From positions 96,001 through 160,000 of the forward strand of contig CAVWWD010000005.1 in assembly GCA_963758635.1 (NCBI GenBank): a DNA stretch of 64,000 bases, in the 5' to 3' direction. The notes under the pieces are model-generated. The model was given only the letters and a program-made list of their open reading frames with translations. It made no database searches and was not told the origin of the DNA. The position numbers were made by a program, and so were the translations under genes. Each line of letters opens with the position of its first letter. Positions within the stretch are counted from its first letter, which is position 1. Origin of the DNA: an uncultured Candidatus Rokubacteria bacterium. Lineage in GTDB: Bacteria > Methylomirabilota > Methylomirabilia > Rokubacteriales > CSP1-6. Positions 10,119 to 21,571 of the stretch are shown piece after piece.

Positions 10119-10906
10119 GCCAGCCCAAGGTCGTCGTGGTGATGCCCGCCTACAACGCCGGGCGCACCCTCCGGCTGACCTACGAGGAGCTGCCGAAGGA
10201 CTCGGTCAACCTCGTCATCCTGGTCGACGACGGCTCGACCGACGCCACGCTCGAGATCGCGCGGGGCCTCGGCCTCGAGGTCTTCGTCCACGACCGGAAC
10301 TACGGCTACGGCGCCAACCAGAAGACGTGCTACACGGAGGCGCTGCGCGCGGGCGCCGACATCGTGGTGATGGTGCACCCCGACTACCAGTACGATCCGA
10401 CGCTCGTGCCCGAGATCATCAAGCCCATCGTGACCGGGGTCGCCGACGTGGTGCTGGGCTCGCGGCTGGCCGGCGGGGGCTCGGCCGTCCAGCAGGGGAT
10501 GCCGTGGTGGAAGTACGTGGCCAACCGCTTCCTCACGGGGATCGAGAACCGCGCGTTTTCGCTCTCGCTCTCCGAGTTCCACACCGGGTACCGGGCGTTC
10601 TCGCGAGAGGTGCTGGACACCGTCAACTTCCGGATGAACTCCGACGGCTTCGTTTTCGACCAGGAGATCATCGCGCAGGTGGTGGCGGCGAACTTCCGCA
10701 TCGGCGAGATCGCCGTCCCCGTGCGCTACTTCGCCGAGGCGTCCTCGGCGAGCTTCCTCGACTCGTGCGTGTACGGGACCAAGATCCTCTGGGTGGTGAC
10801 GCGCTACCTCCTCCACCGCTCGGGGCTCAAGCGCTCGCGCCGCCTGCAGGCGATCAGCCGCCGCTACGCGCGGATGCCCGACACCCTGCCGCCGCCGGAG
10901 GGCTAG
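10115..10906 (+). CDS. Glycosyltransferase family 2 (polyprenol-phosphate sugar synthase-like)
   Basis: VVMPAYN, VDDGSTD, HPDYQY motifs. Confidence 0.9.
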   Translation: MSQPKVVVVMPAYNAGRTLRLTYEELPKDSVNLVILVDDGSTDATLEIARGLGLEVFVHDRNYGYGANQKTCYTEALRAGADIVVMVHPDYQYDPTLVPEIIKPIVTGVADVVLGSRLAGGGSAVQQGMPWWKYVANRFLTGIENRAFSLSLSEFHTGYRAFSREVLDTVNFRMNSDGFVFDQEIIAQVVAANFRIGEIAVPVRYFAEASSASFLDSCVYGTKILWVVTRYLLHRSGLKRSRRLQAISRRYARMPDTLPPPEG

Positions 10907-10983
10907 TGTCCCTCGCAGAATGCGGTAACCGTCACGGGCCTCTATAATCCCACCGCTCGGCATTGGTCCGATGCTCGAGGCTC
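10907..10983 (+). repeat. ~77-bp dispersed repeat, family B, copy 1
   Basis: Matches the copies at 16100, 22908, 35801 and 54545; flanked by TAG on both sides. Confidence 0.92.
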
Positions 10984-11032
10984 TAGTGTCCGGCTCCCGG
11001 CCCGATCGCGGGCCGCCTCCGAGGGGCCGGCG

Positions 11033-12583
11033 ATGATCACGTCCCTCCTCGACCTCCTGATCGCTCTCGTCGCCGCCGCGCTCCTCGCCTCGCTCGCCAC
11101 GGGCTGGGCGCGACCCGAGGACATCTTCCTGGCCCTGCTCGCGGCGCTCGCGCTCCGGCTGTGGGCGCGGCCGGCGCCCGTGCCGGACCTCCGTCCGCGG
11201 CGGGTGGTGGCGGTGGGCGTGATCGCCTACGCGTGCGTCTTCACCTTCGTCACCGTCAGCCGGCACGTGACGTTCGACACGCACGCGCTCGACCTCGGCT
11301 ACTACGTGCAGCTCGTGTGGAGCCTCGCCACGGGACGCGGGCCGCGGGTGAGCCTGCCGGAGATGCACGCCTGGGGGGACCACCTCTCGCCGATCCTCTA
11401 TCTCCTCGTCCCGATCTTCTGGGTGACCCCGGGGCCGGTGGCCCTGCTCGTCGCGCAGTCGGTGGCGCTCGCGCTCGGCGGCGTGGCCACGTTCGCGCTC
11501 GCGCGGCGGCGGCTCGGCGACGAGCGCCCGGCCGCCGCGTTCGCCGTGCTCTACCTCCTGAACCCGTCGCTCCACGGGATCAACGTGCGCGACTTCCACG
11601 CCGCCGCGCTCGCCATCCCGCTGCTGCTCGCCGCGCTCGCCTTCGCGGAGGCGCGGCGCTTCTGGCTCCTCGGCGGCGCGCTCCTGCTCACGCTGGCGTG
11701 CCGGGAGGACGCGGCGCTACCCGTGGGCGGCGTCGGCGCCTGGCTGGCTGTCCGTCACGGGTACTGGCTGGGCGGCGCCGCGCTCTCGCTGGGCGCCCTC
11801 GCCACGCTCGCCGTGCTCCTGCAGTGGGTCATCCCGTCGTATCGCCACGAGCCCTACAGCCACCTGTGGCGGTACACGGCCCACGGTCAGTCGCTCGGAG
11901 AGATCGTGGGGACGCTGCTCCTGCAGCCCGTCCGCACGGTCCAGTACCTGATGAGCGGCCGGCGCCTCGTGTACCTCGCCGCCCTCGGCGCCCCGCTCGC
12001 GTTCCTCCCGCTGCGGGCGCCGATCGACCTGGTGGGCGCGGCGCCCGCGCTCCTGCAGAACCTCCTGAGCAGCGACCCCATCCTCTTCCACCACCGCACG
12101 CAGTACCAGGCCTTCGTGCTGCCGTTCCTCGTCCTCGCCGCCATCGCCGGCTACGACCGCCTGGCCACGCGCCGGCCGGGGCGCTGGCCGGTGCGCGTCC
12201 TCGTCGTGGCCATGCTCGTCAGCCTGGCGCTGGCGTCACGGACGGTGAACCAGTTCGCGGTGACCCGCTGGCTCCCGTCGGCCGACGACCGCGCCGCCCA
12301 TGCCGTGCTCGCCCGCGTGCCGCCCGAGGCCTCGGTGTCCGCGCACGAGCGCTACGTGCCCCACATGTCCCTGCGCCCGCTCGTGTTCGTGTTCCCGGTG
12401 GGCCTCGACAAGGCGGATTACGTGATGCTGCACGCGGCGAGCTATCCGTGGCGAAACCTGCCGGGCGTCACGCTCTCGTGGGAGGGCGACCGCGCGTCGA
12501 TCGCCGTCACGGAGACCGGATCGACCCACGAGTACGTCGTGGTCGCCGAGGGAAGCTCGCAGCTCCTGCTGCGGCGCCGGTGA
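11033..12583 (+). CDS. DUF2079-like GT-C membrane protein
   Basis: DLGYYVQ, GDHLSP, DFH, RED motifs; multi-TM. Confidence 0.75.
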   Translation: MITSLLDLLIALVAAALLASLATGWARPEDIFLALLAALALRLWARPAPVPDLRPRRVVAVGVIAYACVFTFVTVSRHVTFDTHALDLGYYVQLVWSLATGRGPRVSLPEMHAWGDHLSPILYLLVPIFWVTPGPVALLVAQSVALALGGVATFALARRRLGDERPAAAFAVLYLLNPSLHGINVRDFHAAALAIPLLLAALAFAEARRFWLLGGALLLTLACREDAALPVGGVGAWLAVRHGYWLGGAALSLGALATLAVLLQWVIPSYRHEPYSHLWRYTAHGQSLGEIVGTLLLQPVRTVQYLMSGRRLVYLAALGAPLAFLPLRAPIDLVGAAPALLQNLLSSDPILFHHRTQYQAFVLPFLVLAAIAGYDRLATRRPGRWPVRVLVVAMLVSLALASRTVNQFAVTRWLPSADDRAAHAVLARVPPEASVSAHERYVPHMSLRPLVFVFPVGLDKADYVMLHAASYPWRNLPGVTLSWEGDRASIAVTETGSTHEYVVVAEGSSQLLLRRR

Positions 12584-12627
12584 CGGGGACGCCGCGCTCG
12601 AGCGCCGCGGGGCAGGGGCTCTGCGCG

Positions 12628-12816
12628 GCCGCAACAGCGCGCCGCGAGTGGGCGGCGGGGAGGCACCTGGGGTCGAGGCGGCCCTTCCCCTCCATCGGTC
12701 ATCGGACCCCGCCCGCCCGGATGGAGCCCAGCCGCAACGGGGCAGCGCACGCGTGCGGCGTGGTCCCGCGACCCCAGGTGCCTCCCCGCCGCCCGCCCTC
12801 GCGCTCTTGTTGCGGC
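12628..12816. mobile_element. 189-bp MITE-like element with TIRs and an 8-10 bp target duplication
   Basis: Terminal GCCGCAACA/TGTTGCGGC; internal perfect 26-bp IR (12650-12675 / 12769-12794); TCTGCGCG direct repeats at 12620-12627 and 12817-12824. Confidence 0.75.
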
Positions 12817-12859
12817 TCTGCGCGGGGCTACCGCGTAGGGGGCAGCGCGCGGGCGGCGG

Positions 12860-13276
12860 TCAGGCGGGCTCGGGGTTGGCGCCGCCCAGGATGTGGGACG
12901 CGTGGTGGTGGACGATCAGCCACACGCCGCCGCGGCGCTCGAACACGTTGGTGGCCAGGAGCGTCGTGACCGCGATGTTGCCCCCGGCCTGGGACAGGAT
13001 GTTCTCGGTGCACGTGACCCACGCGATGTCGCCGTCCACGCGCGCGTCGACGTCGCCGATGGAAAACCGCATCTCGCGGCTGTCCTTGAAGATCGCCTCC
13101 CACGAGCGCCGGACGCTCTCCCAGCCCGAGAGCATCGCCCAGCCCGGATGAATGCAGCGGACGTGGTCGCCGTGCCCCCACAGCCGGTCCATCTCCTCGA
13201 GGTCCCGCGCCTCGAGCGTGCGGTAGAACCGCGCGTTCGCCTCCTCGACGTTGGGGGTGTCGTCGCCCGGGCTCAC
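12860..13276 (-). CDS. NTF2/SnoaL-like protein
   Basis: ANARFY, CIHPGW, ATNVF and HHHAS signature. Confidence 0.85.
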   Translation of the reverse strand: MSPGDDTPNVEEANARFYRTLEARDLEEMDRLWGHGDHVRCIHPGWAMLSGWESVRRSWEAIFKDSREMRFSIGDVDARVDGDIAWVTCTENILSQAGGNIAVTTLLATNVFERRGGVWLIVHHHASHILGGANPEPA

Positions 13277-13614
13277 GGCCGCGAGACCACCACGGCGTCC
13301 CCGTCGAGCGAGACGGCGAGCCGCTCCAGGCGGGCGCCGGGGCAGGGGCCCTCCACGCACACGCCGGTGTCGGGGGCGAAGATCGCGCCGTGGGTGGCGC
13401 AGATCAGGTACCGGCCATCCTCCGTCCAGAACTCGTTGGGCCAGAGGTCGAGCGGCGTGCCCGCGTGGGGGCAGCGGTTCACGTAAGCATGGTAGCGGCC
13501 CTCGTGATTGACGACGAGCGCGCGCATCGCCCCCAGACGGAAGCTCGCCGTCTGGCCGGGCCCGAGCGACTCGGCGGGACAGCGCCAGGCGTGCACGTCG
13601 GACGCGGGATCCAC
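13273..13614 (-). CDS. Rieske 2Fe-2S ferredoxin
   Basis: CPH ... CATH ligand boxes, GPC. Confidence 0.88.
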   Translation of the reverse strand: MDPASDVHAWRCPAESLGPGQTASFRLGAMRALVVNHEGRYHAYVNRCPHAGTPLDLWPNEFWTEDGRYLICATHGAIFAPDTGVCVEGPCPGARLERLAVSLDGDAVVVSRP

Positions 13615-13704
13615 GCCCAGGTTCTATCAGATCGATCCGGGAGTGTAAATGCGACGCGGCCCACGTCCGGGGGCGCGGGAGGGCGCGTGCTAGGATGGCC
13701 GAGT

Positions 13705-14640
13705 ATGCTCGCCGTCGACGCGCGAGGTCTAGAGAAGACGTTCCGGAGCGGGTGGGTCCAGCGGCGCGTCAATCCCGCGCTCCGCGGCGTCGACCTCCAG
13801 GTGCCGCGCGGAGCGATCTACGGGCTCCTGGGCCCGAACGGGGCGGGGAAGACCACGCTCCTGTCCATCCTCGCCACGCTCCTCCTGCCCGACCGCGGCT
13901 CCGCGCGCATCCTGGGCCACGACGTCGTCGCCGAGAGCCTCGCCGTGCGCCGTCGTGTGAACATGGCCAGCGGCAACGCGTCGTTCGTGTGGAGCCTGCG
14001 GCCCCCCGAGGTCCTCCGGTTCTACGGCCGCCTCTACGGGCTGTCCGGCCGGACGCTCGCCGCGCGGGTGGACGACCTGCTCGAGCGGTTCGAGCTGACC
14101 GCCCACCTGCGCACCGAGTACAACGAGCTGTCGACCGGCCTCAAGCAGCGGCTGGCCCTCGCCAAGGCCCTGCTCAACGAGCCGGACGTGCTCTTCCTGG
14201 ACGAGCCCACGCTCGGCCTCGACCCCGACGTGTCGATCCGCATCCGCGCCCAGGTCGCCGAGCTCCGCCGGACGCGCGGCACGACGGTGATCCTGACCAC
14301 GCACTACATGCGCGAGGCCGATGAGCTCTGCGACGAGATCGCCTTCATCAAGGGCGGCCGGATCCTCGCCCAGGGCACGCCGGACGCCCTCAAGCGGCAG
14401 ATCCGGCTGGGCGACGTGATCGCGCTGCGCCTGGATCCCGTCGAGCCCGCCGGCCTCGCCGGGATGCCCGGCGTCCTCGAGCTGCGGCGGCGCGGCGACC
14501 GCGTCGAGTGCACGGTGGACGCCGCGGACAAGCGGGTGCCCGAGATCCTCAGGTGGCTCGCCGACCAGGGGGTCGTGGTGCGCGAGTGCCAGGTGCGCGA
14601 GCCCGACCTGGAGGAGGTCTTCGTTGAGCTCGCCCGCTGA
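13705..14640 (+). CDS. ABC-2 exporter ATP-binding subunit
   Basis: GPNGAGKT Walker A, LSTG signature, LFLDEPT. Confidence 0.92.
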   Translation: MLAVDARGLEKTFRSGWVQRRVNPALRGVDLQVPRGAIYGLLGPNGAGKTTLLSILATLLLPDRGSARILGHDVVAESLAVRRRVNMASGNASFVWSLRPPEVLRFYGRLYGLSGRTLAARVDDLLERFELTAHLRTEYNELSTGLKQRLALAKALLNEPDVLFLDEPTLGLDPDVSIRIRAQVAELRRTRGTTVILTTHYMREADELCDEIAFIKGGRILAQGTPDALKRQIRLGDVIALRLDPVEPAGLAGMPGVLELRRRGDRVECTVDAADKRVPEILRWLADQGVVVRECQVREPDLEEVFVELAR

Positions 14641-15458
14641 GGCGGCGGCCCCCGCGCTCGCCGAGACGCTCCGGCAGGAGTGGGTGCGGACGTCCGCCTT
14701 CGCCTACCGGAACGTCATCATGGCCCGCCGCAACGTGTTCTTCCTGTTCGAGCTGACGTTCTGGCCCGGCGTGGCCATGCTCTCGCACGGGCTGCTCACG
14801 CGCTTCCTCGACCTCACGCCGCAGATGACGGCGTTCATCCTGGTCGGCACGGTGGCGCTCTCCGCCGTGCAGGTGTGCCAGCTCGACGTGGCCTACGCGG
14901 TCCTCTTCGACATCTGGTCCAAGTCGATGAAGCACCAGTTCCTGACCCCAGTCGGCATCCGCCACCTCGCCGTCGGCGCATGGCTGGTCGGGGTCGCGCG
15001 GGGGATCGCCGTGTTCGCCCTCATGGCGGCGATCGGGACGTGGGCCTTCGGCTTCGACTTCCTCGGCTCGGGGGTCGCGAGCCTCGCCGTGTTCCTGCTC
15101 GGCTGCTTCCTCACCGCGCTCGCCGTGGGCCTCTTCGTGTGCACGCTCGTGCTGCTCTTCGGCACGCGCGCCGAGACGTTCGGCGTGGGCCGCCGTGAAC
15201 TTCCTCGTGATGTTGGCCGGCGTGTACTACCCGGTGTCGGTCCTGCCGGAATGGGTGCAGGCGCTCTCGGCGCTGATCCCGCTCACGTATCTCCTCGACG
15301 CCATGCGGGCCGGGTACGGATTCCCGTCGAGCTTCGCGTATCCCGAGATGAAGGGGCTGGCCCTGGCGTGCGTCTACGTCGCCCTCGGCCACTGGGCGCT
15401 CGCCGCGGCCATCACGCACGCGCGGCGCAGTGGGCTCCTGCTCAAGCTCTCGGAGTGA
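14624..15458 (+). CDS. ABC-2 permease (frameshift near 15185, probable sequencing error)
   Basis: Multi-TM N-terminal part in one frame; GVYYPVSVLP C-terminal part in another. Confidence 0.8.
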
Positions 15459-15485
15459 GGGGCGGGCGAGCCCCGCTCGCCGGCC

Positions 15486-16043
15486 TCAGCGGCCGAGGAA
15501 CTTCCGCACACTCTCCGCGATGCCAGCGGCGTCGAGGCCGTGCTTCGCATAGAGGCCCTTCGCGTCCCCCGACTCGCCGAAGCTCTTCACGGCCACGCGC
15601 TTGAGGGGCGTCGGCATCTCCTCGCCGAGGAGCTCGGCCACCGCGCCGCCGAGCCCGCCCGCCGGCGCGTGATCCTCGACGGTGACGACGTGCCCGGTCT
15701 TGCCCGCGGAGCGGAGGATCGTCTCCTCGTCGAGCGGCTTGATCGTGGACACGTTGATCACGTCGGCGTGGATGCCCTCGGCGGCGAGCGTCCGCGCCGC
15801 CTCGAGCGAGTTCCAGAGCGGCCCCCCCGAGGCGAGGATGCTCACGTCGTTGCCCGACCGGAGCGGATGGGCCCGGCCGAACTGGAAGCGGTAGCCCTCG
15901 TCGTGCACGGGCTCGAGGTTCTGGCGGGTGAGGCGGAGGTAGATCGGGCCGGGATGACCGGAGCCGGCGTGGGTGATCATCCGGATGATCTGCACGCGGC
16001 ACTCGCGGGCGATCTCGTGGAGCTTCGGCAGGTCGGGCTTCAC
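15486..16043 (-). pseudogene. Transketolase deletion chimera (N-terminal ~32 aa fused to the C-terminal part)
   Basis: ...AGSGHPG (N-domain) joined in frame to PIYLRLTR...IKPLD...VTVEDH...GGLG (C-domain); ThDP-binding region absent. Confidence 0.75.
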
Positions 16044-16099
16044 GCGAGTCCTCCATGGCGTGCGCGAGGGGATCGTGGACGGTCGGGTTTCACGCTATC

Positions 16100-16176
16100 G
16101 AGCCCCGCGCATCAGACCAATGCCGAGCGGTGGGATTGTAGGGGCCCGTGGCGGTTACCGTATTCTGCGAGGGTCA
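16100..16176 (-). repeat. Family B repeat, copy 2
   Basis: Reverse-complement copy abutting the TAA stop at 16177-16179. Confidence 0.92.
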
Positions 16177-17731
16177 TTAGTCCTCCGTGGCGTGCGCGAT
16201 GGCGTCGACGTGGACACCGCGCACCGCGATCTCGGGCGCGTACACGACCTCGTCGGCGGCCCACACGAGCGTCCCCCGCGGGCGCTTGCCGACGCCCACG
16301 ATGTCGCGGAGCACCCGCGTCACGTCGTCGTTGATGCGGATCACGTTGGCGGCGAGCGGCTCGGCGAGGCGGCCGTCGCGGATGATAAAGGAGTCGCCCA
16401 CGACGGTGCAAGTGAACGCGCCCGCGCGGAGCCCGTTGATCGGGTACGTGTACCAGATGCGGCCCACGTAGAGCCCGTCCCGCACGCGCGCGAGGAGCTC
16501 GTCGCGCCCGAGGGGCGCCGCCGCCTCCACGAGCACGTTCGAGGCGGCCGCGCCGGGCTGGGTGTCGAAGGCGCGGCCCCCCATCCCGGTGTAGCGGAAA
16601 CCGTTCCGCGCGACCAGGGCGGACGCGGCGCCGGCAGGATCCACGCCCAGCTTCTCGCGCGCCGCGGGGTCGTGGAGCAGGCGCTGCGCGTCGTACCACG
16701 TGGTGAGGAGCCCCACGAGGCGGCCGTCGCGGATCAGCTCGGTCCGGCCCGTGGGCAGCCCCTCGCAGGTGATGCCCTTCGAGCCCATGAGGCCGGGCAG
16801 GGCCCCATGGTCGGTGAGCGAGAGCTCGCGCGCCGCGACGGACTGGCCGAGCCGGCCGGCGAACGGCGTGGCCGCGGCGTAGAACGAGCTCGCGTGACAC
16901 GCCGGCAAGACCAGGTTCGACAGGAGATCGGTCACGGGCTGCGGGCCGAAGACCACCGTGTAGTCGCCGGACGGCACGCGCGCGCCGCCGACGGCGGCCA
17001 CCGCGGCCTGCGCGGCGTCCACGCCCGCCTCGTCGGTGAACTCGTGCAGACGCGTCCCCGTGGACCAGCCCGAGCCCTTGGCATCGCGCGTCTCCACCAT
17101 GGCGGTGATGCCGCTCGTCATGAGCGTGGACTCGTCGGTCTGGACGCCGGGCAGGTGGGTCGAGGCGATCGCCATGCGCTCCTGCAGGATCGTCACGTCG
17201 CCGCCGCCGATGAGGCCGAGCCGCGCCAGGTCGGCCTCGGTGGGGACGAGCGCGGCCAGCTTGGACGACGCGAGGAAGGCGCCCAGCGCGCCGCGGAGCA
17301 CCTTCCAGCCCGCCTCCACGAGGTCCTCGTCGCCGACCGCCATCAGCGCGGGGGTCGTGGTAGTCGAAGAGCGCCCGCCGCTCGGCGCCGGGGCGGGGGA
17401 GCGACACGAACTCCGGGTCCCGCACGGCGGCGCGCCGCGCCTTGGCGAACGCCCGCTCCGCGCCGGCGCGCGAGAGGTCGCTCGGCTCGGCGCCGAAGCC
17501 CAGGAGCACGCCGTCAGGGGAGTCCAGCGCGACCTGGATGCCGAGCCCGAGCGTCTCGGTGGACTTCGGCTCCTCGACGCCGTTGCAGGGGATGTGCGAG
17601 CTGTAGTTGAGGCGGCTCAGGAGGACGCCGTTGGCGGAGGCGAACACCTCGGCCTCCCGCACGCCCGGCTGCGCGGAGACGAGCTCGTGCGCGGCGGCCA
17701 CCGCGCGCGCGAGGGTGGCGGCGTCGATCAC
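16177..17731 (-). CDS. Divergent PmbA/TldE-like protein (frameshift near 17350)
   Basis: TCEG...LIRDGRL, NGFR, DGLYV C-terminal PmbA features; no HExxH; downstream of a TldD paralog. Confidence 0.75.
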
Positions 17732-17780
17732 GCGCGCCCGCTCCGCGGCGCGCCGGCGGCGACGCCCCGCCGTGAGCGCA

Positions 17781-18194
17781 TCAGCCCTTCTTCCCGGGGG
17801 CGGACTCGGTGGGGTACTGCTTGGCGCGCCAGCCGGGGATGCCCTCGTCGAGGATCACCATGTTGCGGAAGCCCGCCTGGTACAGCACCTTGTTGGCCCC
17901 CCGGGCCAGCGTGTGCGGGCACGCTCAGTAGAGGGTCACCGTCTCCTGCCGGGGCACCTCGGCGAGACGGCGGGGCAATTCGCGGAGCGGGATGTTCCGG
18001 GCCCCGCGGATGTGGAGGTCGTCGAACTGCTCGCGCTCCCGCACGTCGATGAACACGACGCGCTTGCCCGCGTCGAGCATGGCCTTGGCCTCGTCGACCG
18101 AGACGTAGCGCTCCGGCACCTCGGGATCTCCCGCCGGCGCCACGGTGGCGGCCAGAAGCACGCCCACGAAGCAGAGCGCCGCCGGGATCTTCAT
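17781..18194 (-). CDS. Secreted rhodanese-domain protein, probable selenoprotein (UGA at codon 90, LY-U-ACPH)
   Basis: Signal peptide; IDVR and HIRGA motifs; in-frame TGA (17925-17927) at the catalytic Cys position; frame continues with GF.N...LDEGIPGW. Confidence 0.8.
17885..17916 (-). promoter_or_regulatory. Putative bacterial SECIS hairpin
   Basis: After UGA: GCAC...UGGCCC-GGG-GGGCCA...GUGC, with a G-rich apical loop about 23 nt downstream. Confidence 0.55.
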
Positions 18195-19761
18195 CGGGCC
18201 CGCTCCCCGGTGAGCACGGCGCGCGTGCGCATCGTGGGACCGCCGTTGCCGAGCCGCCGCGTCTGCATGGGCTGGCCCTTTCCGCAGTTGGGGATCGGGT
18301 AGAGGCGGAAGTCACGGCCGACCGCGTCCACGTTCATCAGATAGGCGCGCGTGTCCGCCATGATGCCGCCGTCCCGGTACAGCCGCCCGAGCCGGCCGCG
18401 CTCGATCTCGTAGACGCGGCGCGCGGAGATCCGGAAGTTCTCGCGGCTCTCGGCGATCGACGGGATCTTGTGGCCCACGAGGTAGTAGCCGTGGTCCACG
18501 CCGGCGATGATGTCGGCGGGGTCGGCGTCTCCCGCCGCGAACACCGTGCTCGACATGCGCACGAGGGGGACGAGCCACGCCTCCGTGGCCTTCCAGTGCC
18601 CGTTCGGCGCGCCCCCGAAGACGGCCGCGGTCTGCCGGCTGTTCATGAAGCCGGTGAACACCCCGGCGTCGATGTGGACGACACGCGCGGCGGGGGTCCC
18701 CTCGTGGTCGTAGGCGTAGTGCCCGTAGCCGGGCAGCGACGGATCGGAGAACGCGCTGACGAGCGGCGAGGCGATGCGACGGCCGAGCTCGTGGCGCGTG
18801 AGGTCGCGGAGGAGCCACGACCGGCCCGCGTACGCCGTCTCCATCTTGAGCCCGCGGTCGAGCTCGACGGGATGCCCCACGATCTCGTGGGAGACGAGCG
18901 TGTTGTAGTGCGGGTCGGTGACGACCGTGACCTCGCCGGCGGCCGCGGGCAGCGCGGGCGCGCGCGCCAGCTCCGCGGCCTCCGCCCCCAGGGCCAGCGC
19001 GAACTCGGCGAAGGGCGGGGCGGGCATGAGGGGGTCGGCGATGCCCGCGGTCAGGATCTCCCAGCCGCGCTGGTGGCCGACGACGTCGTAGAGCTCCTGG
19101 CTGCCCTCGTCGCCGCCCGCCACCACGTAGCCGAAGCCCTGGGTCAGGGCGAAGGACTGGTCGATCAGGGCGCCCTCGGACGAGGCGAACAGCTCGCGCG
19201 CGAGCTGCGTCGTGGTGGAGATCGCGTTGTAGCGGACCCCGGGGTCGACGCCGGCGACGCGCCGAGAAACGTCGGTGGTGAAGCGGACCATCTCGTCGAG
19301 CGCCATGGCCCGGGGATCGACCTCGAACGTGGCCGCGACCACGTCGCGACAGACGCGGACGGGGGCCAGGCGCGTGTCGGCCAGGCACTCGCCGAGGCTC
19401 CCGAACTTGCCCCGGGCGTCGGCCTTGCCCTCCGCGTTGGCGAGCGCGCGACGATGCGCCGTCCGGAGGCCCTCGGCGAGGATCTCGCCGAGGCGGGGCA
19501 GGTCGGCCACGCCGAGCACGCGGCCGTAGTAGCCGGGCGCCACCGCGCGCGCGCCCGCGAGCACGCGGAGGCCCATGGCGAACGCGTAGTCGTCGCCCGC
19601 GCCCTTGGCCTCGCCGTTCTCGGCGGAGGCGTGCTTCGACTCCGCCACCTCGAGACGGAGGTCGGCGTAGGCCAGGTGGGGCAGGGCGCGCGCCCGCACG
19701 GTCACGGTCTCCTCGGCGAGGGCGGCGATGTCGCCGATCAGCTCGGTGCGGATGCGGTCGG

Positions 19762-19765
<4 letters not shown>
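18191..19765 (-). CDS. Second TldD-like metalloprotease
   Basis: HEIVGHPVELDR zinc motif, YDHEG, RMSST, CGKGQ; GTG start overlaps the moeA stop. Confidence 0.88.
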
Positions 19766-20967
<1,202 letters not shown>

Positions 20968-21024
20968 GGGCGTCATTATACCGGGCCGTCGAAGGCCGGA
21001 ACCCGCGTGCTACGATCGCGCGCG

Positions 21025-21564
21025 ATGCGCGCGCCGTGCCCGGAATGCGGCTGCTTCTACCTGGATCTCGCCGCGTGCCCCCGCTGCCCGGCCACCGCCG
21101 GGGCAGCGGCCGTCCCCGTGCCCGCCGGGTTCTGGCGGCGCGGCGTCGCGCTCCTCGTGGACTACGGCCTCGTCCTGGTCGCGCGCGCCGCCCTGGTGGC
21201 CTCGGCGCGGGCGATGCTCGGGAGCGGCGCGGAGTCCTCCCGCGTGTTCGGCGTCGCGACGTGGGCCTTCCCGGCGCTCTTCGGCTTCGTGTACGCCGTG
21301 CTGTCGCACTGGATCTGGGGCCAGACGCTCGGCAAGATGGCGCTGTCGGTCCGCGTGGTGATGCGGGACGGCAGCCCGCTGCCGCTTCCCGTCGCCGTCG
21401 GGCGCCAGTGCGGCTTCGTCCTGTCCATCGTCGTCCTCGGGCTCGGTCTGGCGCTGGCCGCGCTCCGCGCCGACCGTCGCGCGCTCCACGACCTCCTGGC
21501 CGGCACGCGCGTCGAGCGGGCCAGCGCTGACCCCACGGATCCCCGGCGCGCCCGCGTGCTATAG
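21025..21564 (+). CDS. RDD-family membrane protein with an N-terminal zinc ribbon
   Basis: CPEC...CPRC; AGFWRR...D; GQTLGK; LHDLLAGT. Confidence 0.85.
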   Translation: MRAPCPECGCFYLDLAACPRCPATAGAAAVPVPAGFWRRGVALLVDYGLVLVARAALVASARAMLGSGAESSRVFGVATWAFPALFGFVYAVLSHWIWGQTLGKMALSVRVVMRDGSPLPLPVAVGRQCGFVLSIVVLGLGLALAALRADRRALHDLLAGTRVERASADPTDPRRARVL

Positions 21565-21571
21565 TCCGCGC

